Shown piece after piece: positions 54,251 to 64,000 of a stretch of 64,000 bases of DNA. Position 1 is the stretch's first letter; each line of letters opens with the position of its first letter. The notes under the pieces are model-generated. The model worked only from the letters and a program-made list of their open reading frames with translations, was not told where the DNA came from and did no database searches. A program made the position numbers and the translations under genes. Source of the DNA: the human T2T-CHM13v2.0 reference genome, Homo sapiens; the NCBI RefSeq assembly GCF_009914755.1, contig NC_060926.1. One strand, 5' to 3'.

Positions 54251-55439
54251 CTCTCAAGCATCTCTATCTCTTTAGGGTAAGAAAGTATTTCATGACACAG
54301 CAAAGAGATCTGAAGTAATAGAAGTCACTAGTTGAAAGTTTCTTCTACCTTAAAATAATGCCCAAAAGATTAGAATACTCATAAAATTCATGTGTATGTA
54401 TTTTCTACCAAATACTATTTTCTGTTGACTTCTATGACCTGCTCACTGTGAAATTAATATTATAGCCAAAGAGATAAAAATATTCTGTAAGAAACTTCAA
54501 CATTAACACCTATTTTTTATCTTCTAAAATATGTGTTTAAATAAAAAATAAGTGAAGGGGCAAATAGGTTTTAGTTTAAAATTATATTTACTGTTTACTG
54601 TTAAGCTAAAAAAAATCCTGTGGGTTATTGGGAATACTCACAGTAAACCATTCTGCCCCTGGCCCTGTGGTAAAGTTTCTAAACCTTCTTGACAGTTGAT
54701 CCTCAAATATCTGGTATCAAATTCCCTCCAGATCCTTTTGCTGCTTATTTGATTGCCCAGCTGACCCAAAGTTCAACATTTTTAAATCTCTTAAGTCTGT
54801 TTTTACCTAAGGGCATAGAGAGGAAATGGCTTTAATTTATTCCTCTTCCTGCTACCGTGCCCCCATAATATGCTCTCCTAGCTGCACATGATCATTTTAT
54901 CTTCTCATTGATAGTCAAGGAGGCTGCAAAGCCATTTAGCATAAAAAGAGCAGGTGGTACCAGATGTTAGAATACAAGACTCCATTACTTTGGGAAAAGG
55001 TACAAATCACCCAGGAAGGGTTCTTTGGTCCACAGAGCAGCTGGACTAATAAGGATTAGAGGTCTCGATAAGGGTGGTAAATTTTTTTTTCAGAATGAAT
55101 AATCTTTCTCACATACATAGCTTTCTCAAGGCATCTGTTTATGTTTTTCTTCTTTAAAAAATGTCTCAAAGGGACTTGGTTCTCTCATTTGCTAAACATT
55201 AAACATATGGTTTTACAAAAATGGCCTTTGACTTGTTTAATATATCCTCGACCCAGGTAATACAAGTTGCAAACACCATGAATCTCACTATCTAAATTCT
55301 ACACTTCGGTTTCTGAGAAATTTTCAAGGAAGGGCAGTGACTCCTAATCAAATGAAACAAGAGGTCGTGAGGTTCCCAAGAGCAGTGTCTGGCACAAAGA
55401 TGGTGCCAAATGAGTTGGCAATATTAATTTTAATTATAA

Positions 55440-55610
55440 TAACTATTAATTAAATACCTTCTGTGAGCCAAGTGATGCATACGAATATGTTTTTGATAAA
55501 CTTCCCAATATACATATTATATCTCTATTTATAGGCGCATAAACTGAGGCTCAGAGAAATTAAGTAACTGACAGCCAGTTAAGTCTAAGCTGGTCTATTC
55601 TGATTCCTAT
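55440..55610 (-). mobile_element. MIR fragment
   Basis: AAACTGAGGCTCAGAGAAATTAAGTAACT. Confidence 0.75.
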
Positions 55611-55949
55611 GGTCCTGGTTGCATTTTAGTTGCCTGATATGGCAGAAATTCCGCTAAGATATGCAAATAATATATAGTGTTCAGTAGTCAGCCTGCTCAG
55701 ATGGAATGGAAGCTTTTTTTCTTTAATGAAAAAGTTCTAAGCCCTTAAATCCCACTTTGCAGAATAAGACTGCATTCCTCTTAATGACACACAAAAAAAC
55801 TCACTCATTAACATTCATCATGATACCTGTGGATGATCCCTTGGAGGGCATCAGAGGAGGGACAATGTACTCTTCTCTGCCTGCAATTAGCATTAAAGGA
55901 GACAGACAGGAGACATGCTGATTATCTGTGAAAGCATGATTAGGATAAG

Positions 55950-56225
55950 CAATATAATAGAGGTACCAGTAAAGTTCTATAGGAGATATAAAGGCATAGA
56001 AAACACTTGATTCTGCCAAATGGGGTCAATGAATAATTGCAAAAGAAGTGATATTTGAGTTGAGCATTGAAGGATAAATAGAAATTTGACAGGTTAGAGA
56101 AGGTGAAGAAAATATTCGGGTCTTATATATTCAAAACATATTTAGGTACTAAAGATACAATGATGAATAACACCATGGTCTCATTTTAGTGGGAGATATC
56201 ACAGTCTAATGAGAGACAGATATTT
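55950..56225 (-). mobile_element. L2 fragments, antisense
   Basis: GAAGTGATATTTGAGTTGAGCATTGAAGGATAAATAG; TAGGTACTAAAGATACAATGATGAATAA. Confidence 0.6.
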
Positions 56226-56425
56226 AGATGACCTGGTATGTATCAAGATGCAAAATATGACTCTTTTGAGTCAGTTTACTCTGCAACTCAAAGGCCAAGA
56301 ACAAGTACTTCCACATTTTAACATTAGGTACTAGACCAACTGTGAAGAAAATGATAAGAGTCTATAAAATTAGGCCTGCCAGCATTAAGGAATTAAGGAT
56401 TGACAAACTCCGGGTGGGAGAGGAA

Positions 56426-56427
<2 letters not shown>

Positions 56428-56478
<51 letters not shown>

Positions 56479-56486
56479 GAGAGAGA
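56428..56486. repeat. (GA)n purine microsatellite
   Basis: Directly visible. Confidence 0.95.
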
Positions 56487-57579
56487 AACAAAGAGGAGAG
56501 AGAGGGAGGGAATGTGGGATTAGGAGGAGAGAATGGTACTCAAATGTCAAGAAGGAGGGATTTCTTTAGAGACAATTGCATAGTATTTTGTATCTTCTTT
56601 TTCTGCCAAACAATCAAATGTCCCCTAGAGCTTAAGGTGCTAGAATCTGATTCTTGCTAAGAGAGTCTAAGGGGAAGAGACTGAGGCTACAGTTGCCTCT
56701 GCCTGACAGTCCAAGTCATCCCATGAGGGAGCTCACTGAAGCTATCAAAAAGCTATACAGTGGAAAGCAGCAGAGAAGGCTCAGCAGCAGAGAGATGGCT
56801 GCACCTGAGGAAGGAGTCATGAGTCAGAGAGAGGCGTGTGTTTGTCCTGGTAATTGCAGCTGAACTTTCCTGGGGAGGAGGGGTGTGTCATTTAGAAATC
56901 CCAAAAAAGGCACCCATGAAATAAAAACAAAACAAACAGCAATTATATTTCTGCAACAAAAGCCAAATGATAACTGTAATGTATCATCCATTTTTTACTC
57001 TTCCTGGGCTTGAAACTATTGTAGTCAGAACACTGCAGGAGTGGCCAGGAGGATAGAGAGAAGCCTGTTACCCTGCAGGTTCATGCCATCCTGTCCCACA
57101 GCCAACTTCCAGATCTGAAACCTTGCATCTCTGGGGTAGGGGTGACAGGAGAAACTTTAATTTGAATAAAGTTTGGAGTTCTGGTTATTGGTATGGATTG
57201 GACATTTTAAATCTTGAAATGAGGCACTTATAAAACAAAGAAATTGGCAAGAATATAAATAGTTCACAGAGCCTTAATCAAAACCAAAACTTAGAATATT
57301 TAGTGCCTAAAGTCATATAACCCCACATGCAAATAAAATGACCATGGAAGATTTGACAGAATCCCAATGTCTTCCAAGAATGAACTGTGAATTTTTCTGT
57401 GACTATTTCCTTAAGTATTCTTTCCATTAATTGAATATTGATCAATAGTATGGAGTAGTGAGCTCAAAGGCATAGTTTTGACTAGTAGAGCACATCTTTT
57501 GACTAGTGCTTTCTTCTGACAGAGAGCAGATGTGCTATTCTTACTGGTGCCATGAGGCAGTTACATAGCGGTTTAGGCT

Positions 57580-57725
57580 TGAGTCTTCCCAGCCTTGAAC
57601 ATGTACAAGAATCATCTAGGTATCTTGTTACCCTGCAGATTCTAATCAATGGGTCTGGGGTGGGGCCCAAGAATCTGCATTTCTGATATGTCCTGAGGTG
57701 AAGTCAACGTTGAAGAGTTTAGAAC
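57580..57725. mobile_element. MER5A-like hAT MITE
   Basis: TGCAGATTCTAATCAATGGGTCTGGGGTGGGGCCCAAGAATCTGCATTTCT. Confidence 0.8.
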
Positions 57726-58118
57726 TCTTCATTTTGGGAGCCAGACACTCTTCTCTTCAGTCTTCTAATTGTTCTCCTAAAAATTAACCAATTTTACCAG
57801 CCCATTTTTAATGGGCTCAGCTATGACTTTTCTGAGTTTTGCCCTCACTTACCAGTATCTTATTTGAGAACGTAGGAATTATAAGAGCTTAACCTACTCA
57901 CCCACTGACTCCGCTTCTTTGAAAAATAAGTCAATTTTGGTTTCTCTATCTCTGAAAACAACTGAAAAAACTCTAGGTTTATGGAGAAGCAAGAGAAGCT
58001 GAGATTTTTTCCATCGCTTCAAAAGAGAACCAGAGACTATTAAAATCACTCTAGGACAATTTAATTGCCTTGCATGGCTAAGGCAATGATGTTGTTTCTA
58101 AATTTTTATAGACTTCTC

Positions 58119-58149
58119 CCTGAACCTGAACCTGAACCTGAAGAACCTG
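58119..58149. repeat. (CCTGAA)4 hexamer repeat
   Basis: Directly visible. Confidence 0.9.
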
Positions 58150-61100
58150 CCTCACTTCAACTATTCTCACCTTCCACCCAGTGAATGTGGCATTGCCTTT
58201 GACTCTCAAGCTCCTTTGGCCATAATTCAATGCTATTTTCCCTAGGAATGGTCCATAATTACTCTTATCCCATTGATTTATTAATGAGCTCCACTCTAGT
58301 GGCAGAGACTTGAAACTGGAAGCCAGCAGACTCCCTGGCTCCTAGAAAATGACTGGGCATCTCTCACTTGATGATGGTTGAAACAGTTTGGGAGTTTAAG
58401 GACAAGCTATTCAATCAGAATTTAGGGCATTTTCACAATGCCAAGGCTACACACACACACACACGTGCGCACAAACACATAAAATCCATGACTGAGATGC
58501 CCCTCTGCTATAATATGGGGGTTGAGATCATTAAGGTAAAGATTGAATGTACCAGATGAATAAGCCTTTTTAATTCATCTGAAAAAGATCTGCACTTTGA
58601 AAGGTTATATTTCTTTATGTTCAAAGTCACAGATTGATTTATTGATTTATTTATTTGGGCATAGCCCTAAACCCAAGATATTTTGTCTGAGCAAAGGGTA
58701 AATGGGCCACACCTTTCTCTGTCAGCCTCAGAGGAACCCAGTCCAAATACCACAGCTCATATAACAGGAATTTGTTTTTTTCTAGTTGTGATTCAGGTCC
58801 CTGCTAAATCGGATGTGATTTGCTTTAACATGTCCATAACCTTCTGTCAAAGTGCATGCTACCTTTTTTGGATGTCTGGCCACCTTTTGAAGATCTTTTA
58901 ACCTTTATTTGTACTTGCAAGTTAATTATTTCTGGGGAGCTAAATGCCAAGATTGGCAGCCGTTCTAGTAGGACACGACCTGAAACCAATGAGAAGTAAA
59001 AAGAATTGTTTTCCTCTAGGAGTAAAATGTAGCTTGAGGATTTAATCTAGAGGAAACCTTATCCATATTTCCAACATGGACGTCAACACCATTGATTGAA
59101 TAATAGTTTCCCTTGCTGCCTTAGGTTAACTAGCCCAAGTTTGGTAAAAAATCATCCTTTTCACCATACTTTAACTTTTAGCATAGACTTTTCTGGAACT
59201 ATTTTCCACTCCTAGCTCCTTTCTGACATTAAGGATTTAAAAGAAAATGAGAGGAAGAAACTTTCAAATCATATTAAGAATCTTTAGTTCTCCAAAGATA
59301 TTTTATCATCTTTATGCTACACACAGGTTTACTTTATTCACATATTCCAATGTGTGAACATTTGTTTTTATGTACAAAACTCATGTTCTTACATAATTTA
59401 TTGCTAATATTTATGTTTGAAATGTTCGCTAAGAAAACATTTAAAAATGAATATTTGCCTAGTAAAGTTTGTTCATTTGGGATTTTGTTTTGTTTCTTTA
59501 AGCAGCAAATGAATCATTACATGAAACTCTAATGCTTGCCTGGTAGAAGGCGGGGTGTGGGAGAGGCTCTTCTTTTTCCTCCCACCCCTGGGGCAACCTC
59601 TAAGGCAAGTCTTCTGTATTCTCCTCCAGAGGCTCTGTAGAAGACAGTTCAAAACCCCTGCCCTGATACACGTATCATATGATTCCAAAATCATTTCTGC
59701 ATAGGGTTTCAGGAAAATTTCTGTTGGTGAGGTTAGACAAATTTGTATTGTTACATGTGAGCTGTAATAATTCAATGAACAAAAGGTGGTTCCAGAGTAT
59801 GTCATTTTTAAAGTTTGTCAGTTTTTGCATTTGGCACATTGCAAGCTAATGAAAATTACTGCTACTTTGGGAGAAATACTCAATGAGGGATGTTTATTAC
59901 AATGACACAATGTAAGGAACACATTAAGGCAAGCTATTTCTCACATTTTCATTCTTTCTAAATTCATTGCCTTTTTATGCATCCATTCTTGTTTCTACAG
60001 AAACTGATTTGTAGTTTCAAAATAATAAATATTCATCTCATATGGATTTTTAAAGGTGACTGATTTGTAAAAATCAATAACTGTCTTTTGCCAGCTCGTG
60101 GACTGACATGATTGCCTTCATTTTCAAACATAAAACGATTGCATTAAAATAACATTAAGAGACAAACATTGGCTGACACAGGAAGAGAAATTCTTAAATG
60201 AAAACTGCTCCAGCCAGCTTTAATCAGTTCTGATCATGCTTTTTATTATAGTGCAAATGGGCTCTATTAAAAGGAAAGCCAATTCCAGATGATGATGCAA
60301 ATAATTATAGCTGCCTTTAGCCTCTAGTTAGTGGTATTAACTAATGGTTTCAAAACGTGAGATTTATTTTAGAAAGAACATTTTCCTTTAACAATGAAAT
60401 GGGAAATTGGGCTTTGTCTATCTAATGTTAAATATACAGATAAAAACTGAAAAAGAAATTAGTCTTTTTTTGATATTTGAAAATATAGCAACTATTGACT
60501 AAATTACTTAACATGGATAAACTTAAAGTTCATTAGTTCAGCAATACCCAGACTAGCTTTGGCTCTATGTTCCATTAAGTGTGAGAAATTCTGTATACTC
60601 TCTTTACCCTGCCCCTTTCTACCATTTGAGATTATAATATGTGTTCACACATTAAAGGCCCTTAGAAATTTTTCAATAAAGATCTATGTCTATCTTGTTT
60701 TTCCTTTTCTTTCCTCCAGTCAGTTTGAACATGAAATGTTTTTAAGACATATAAGTTAATATTCTATCTTACAGCAATATGGAGTATTCCCACTTCAGAA
60801 ATTCTGAATGAATTTATCAACTACGGCTCTATTTTTTAACAGATAGTGATACACAAATCAAACATCCAGCCACTCAGTCATAAAAATTGCAATTATGGAA
60901 TCAAAAGTTCTAAGTCAAAACAATAATTTAAACACAAGTGTAGGCAAACATATAAATATTGTGTCTAAAAACATCGATCATTGAAACATTTCTCTGGAAA
61001 TACTTGATTTTTCACTTATTTGAGATCTAATGAAACTTAAATCAGCTTGTTCTCAATGCTGTCCTTCTTAGCATTGATACATTAATTCATTTAGCTTATA

Positions 61101-61166
61101 TATACTTCTATTATTTCTTATGTTGCAGAAATCCCCCCCTTTTTTTTTTTTTTGCCTTTGTCTCCC

Positions 61167-61564
61167 AGTGGCAGGTATGGAAATGTGTTATTCAGTTGTC
61201 CCTTCAAGAAAACAATTGTTCAGCTGTAAATGGTGTAGTGAGCTGACAGCCTCCAGCTGTTCCCTCTGCAGGATCTGCCTCAGCTTTCAAGCCAAGGCCA
61301 TGCTTTTCCTGGGCAGTGCCTAGTGATCTAGCTCTGCAGGAGCATTTCCGTGCATGCAAGATTCCTCTAACAGGCAGTCTTTGCTCTGGAGCTCCCCGAT
61401 TTTGTTGGCCAAGATTCTGTCAGGTCTGCATCATGACCTAAAGCTTTCCCTGCCTAGACCTGCTTCCTCCTCCTCCTCCTATTTTTTGTGAGCATTACCT
61501 CCAATAAATCTCTCACACTCCTAACTCTGGCTCAGCATATGCTGCCAAAAGGATCCTACTGACA
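61167..61564 (+). mobile_element. LTR16A-like ERVL solo LTR
   Basis: CCCTTCAAGAAA, GCTGACAGCCTCCAGCTGTT, GGATCTGCCTCAGCTTT, CCAATAAATCTCT polyA signal, ends ..ACTGACA. Confidence 0.85.
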
Positions 61565-62104
61565 TTTCCTTTTTAGCTTCTAAGACACTTTAGAGACAGA
61601 GTCGTGTCTTTAACATTGCATTCCAACTATCTCTCAAAAAAGGCTTAAATTAGCACTCCATAATCAGGTAAATTTTCAGTATAATTAGACAGATATAGGT
61701 ATAGATGCTGATGTACATGCCACATCTGAACTACTTTTTTACCTGGGTTGGGTATATATGAGTGCATGAGTGAGTGCTGTGCAGAAATTAGTAGAAGATA
61801 CTGTGTGAAAGAGTTAAATTCATTGTGATACAGGCTAAATTTTGCCCATTTCTCAAAGGATTTCTAATCTGGATAACCCCAACTGAGGAAATCTTGTCCT
61901 AACACCATCTATGAGTTCAGGTTATTAGAATATTAGAGTCCACCTGTACCAGTGGAAACCATTTTAGGTATTTTAATCGAAAAGACAGATTTTGAAAAAG
62001 GCATCATAAGAAGATTAATTCAACATTTGCGTGCATAATAGATGGAAAGAGCGAAGACTTAAAGCAGAATCATTCTAGGAGGCAATTACAGCAATCATTT
62101 TGGA

Positions 62105-62335
62105 TCATCATCATCAAACAGATACTGGCTGATGCCTACAACATGCCAAATATTTTACATACATTTACATGTTTAATCCTCAGCCTGAAGTATAGATATT
62201 AAAGATAAGGGAAGAAAGTTTGAAGTAGAAAATTTGTCTACCTTCTTTCTGGTAGAAAGTCAGTAAGTGAAAAGTTGAACCTAGATCTACTTTACTCCAA
62301 AACCTACAGTCTTTTTGGGATATCTAACTGCCTCC
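62105..62335 (-). mobile_element. MIR fragment
   Basis: ATGCCTACAACATGCCA..ATGTTTAATCCTCA..TTGAACCTAGATCT..ACTCCAAAACCT. Confidence 0.6.
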
Positions 62336-62695
62336 TATGGAGAAATAAGGATTCCTCTAAGACTAGAATTGTTTTTAATGACTTAGTCTAAGTGAAAAAA
62401 CAGAAAGCATCACTCTGAGACATGTGCTTCAGAACAGATGGGTAAAGAAAGACAAGGCATGCTCTGATGGAAAATGTGAATACAAATGAGCAAGAGGTCA
62501 TTGCCAAGAAGTCTGGAAATCTAGAAAAATGGAAGTCCATATAGGGATCTCCATCATGGTGCTTGGAGAAGGCAATATTTGGGTTAAAATGCTACAATAA
62601 ATAAACCAAGTTCAGAGACAAAGAAGTCAAAGCGAAAATATAACGGGAAGTCCAGTAAATATATCAAGTTTGGTCTTCAGAGAAGTCTTCTAAAA

Positions 62696-62842
62696 AAGGG
62701 GTCAGCAAATCATGGCCCATAGGCCAAATTTTGCCTGCTATCTGTTTTTGTAAATAAAATCTTACTGAAACACAGCCATTTGGCCCACAAAGTCTGAAAT
62801 ATTTACTTCTGACCATTTACAGAAAAAGTTTGCTGAAGCTTA
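62696..62842. mobile_element. MER58A hAT MITE, internally deleted
   Basis: GGGGTCAGCAAA..TGTTTTTGTAAATAAA..AAACACAGCCA//TGGCCCACAAAG.CTGAAATATTTACT..AGAAAAAGTTTGCTGA; exact 8-bp TSD TTCTAAAA (62688-62695, 62843-62850). Confidence 0.9.
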
Positions 62843-62888
62843 TTCTAAAAGGCTTTTGTAATTGGACTTGTGATAATAGATATAAAGT

Positions 62889-63117
62889 AAGGGTTTGCTA
62901 AATACTATCCGTAAAGGGCCAGATAGTAAACATTTTAGGCTTTGGAATAACAAATGGTCTCCACTGTATAATCCTCATTTTCTGTTTGTTTGCCTCTTTC
63001 CAATCATTTGCTTCTTTCCAATCATTTAAAAATGTAAAACCATTCTTAGTTCATGGGCAAGCATAACACAACCTGCAGCCCAAATTTGTTCTCCAATTCA
63101 TTATTTGCAGATTCTTC
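62889..63117. mobile_element. MER58C-like hAT MITE
   Basis: GTAAAGGGCCAGATAGTAAACATTTTAGGCTTTG..TTTAAAAATGTAAAACCATTCTTAG. Confidence 0.85.
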
Positions 63118-63640
63118 CTTTTATTTTTAATTTTATGGGTGCATAGTAGGTATATATATTTATGAGGTACATGCAACGTTTTGATACAGGGATACAATGT
63201 CTCATAAATCACATCAAGGTAATTGGATTATCCATCATCTCAAGCATTTACCACTTCTTTGTATTAGGAACATTTCAATTTTACTCTTTAACTTATTTTA
63301 AACATACAGTAAATCATTTTTGACTGTAGTCACCCTGTTGTAGAATCAAATGCTAGATTTTATTCATTCTATCTAACTATTATACCCATTAACCAACTCC
63401 ATCTTTTCCTACCTCTGCACTGTCCTTCCCAGCTTCTAGTAGCCATCATTTCACTCTGTATCTCCATGAGTTCAGATATTTTAATTTTTAGCTCCCACAT
63501 ATGAGTGAGAACATGTGAGCTTTTCCTTTCTGTGCCTGGCTTATTTCACTTAATACAATGTCCTCCAGTTTCATTTACGTTGTTGCAAGTGACATGATCT
63601 CATTCTTTTTATGGCTGAATAATATTCCATTATGTATGTG
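63118..63640 (-). mobile_element. L1MA3-like 3' end
   Basis: TGGGTGCATAGTAGGTATATATATTTATG, GACTGTAGTCACCCTGTTG, TTTAGCTCCCACATATGAGTGAGAACATG. Confidence 0.9.
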
Positions 63641-63810
63641 TAATAAATACACAGGCATACTGTATGTGTAATAAATACACAGGCATACTGTATGTGTAAT
63701 AAATACACAGGCATACTGTATGTGTAATAAATACACAGGCATACTGTATGTGTAATAAATACACAGGCATACTGTATGTGTAATAAATACACATGCATAC
63801 TGTATGTGTA
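63633..63810. repeat. 28-bp minisatellite, 6 full units plus 10 bp
   Basis: TGTATGTGTAATAAATACACAGGCATAC at 63633, 63661, 63689, 63717, 63745, 63773 (one G>T) and a partial unit at 63801. Confidence 0.98.
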
Positions 63811-63820
63811 TTTAGGCTGC

Positions 63821-64000
63821 TTATAGGCTCTCTGCAAGAAGAAAAATATGGCTCTTTTTGCCTGACCCTGCAGGCAGTCAGACCTTATGGTTGTCTTCCC
63901 TTGTTCCCTAAAAATCGCTGTTATTCTGTTCTTTTTCAAGGTGCACTGATTTCATATTGTTCAAACACATATGTTTTATAATCAATTTGTACAGTTAACA
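63821..64000 (-). mobile_element. MER11 (HERV-K11/HML-8) LTR fragment, runs off window end
   Basis: Reverse complement reads TGTTAACTGTACAAATTGATT..GAACAATATGAAATCAGTGCACCTTGAAAAAGAACAGAATAACAGCGATTTTTAGGGAACAAGGGAAGACAACCATAAGGTCTGACTGCC..GCAGAGAGCCTATAA. Confidence 0.9.

Noticed and set aside
56342-56660. ER/RE-rich ORFs (also 1658-1909)
   Set aside because: Translations of (GA)n and (TG)n microsatellites.
63571-63939. CRISPR-like array or repetitive protein ORF
   Set aside because: Units are head-to-tail with no unique spacers, there are no cas genes and the context is primate DNA; the ORF is read-through of the minisatellite.

Overview
AT-rich, CpG-poor primate genomic DNA (Alu, L1PA and MER11 indicate a human-like simian). 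It looks intergenic or deep-intronic. I found no supportable host protein-coding gene, no intact RNA gene and no CRISPR or prokaryotic feature. Roughly half the window is recognisable interspersed repeat. The main element is a full-length, TSD-flanked L1MA2-like LINE (16535-26109), inserted into an older L1ME; it carries an AluY and a 5'-inverted (twin-primed) L1PA3-like copy. There are also truncated L1s, six further Alu copies or fragments, MaLR/ERV LTRs (MLT1B x2, MLT2, LTR16A, MER11, one ERV1-like LTR), L2/MIR relics, hAT MITEs (MER5, MER58, MER53), a probable hAT transposase relic and many micro/minisatellites. The informative ORFs in the track are L1 or Alu fragments, and the rest look like chance ORFs. 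I did not find a convincing new biological system. The least explained features are a 63-bp-arm near-perfect inverted repeat (6437-6570), a quasi-palindromic 28-bp minisatellite at an L1/MER11 breakpoint, a degenerate A-tailed tRNA-Ile(AAT)-like sequence, an Alu with a duplicated B-box region, and a set of splice-site-bounded non-coding exon candidates. Repeat subfamily names come from my recall of consensus sequences, not from a RepeatMasker run. Boundaries of old elements are approximate.
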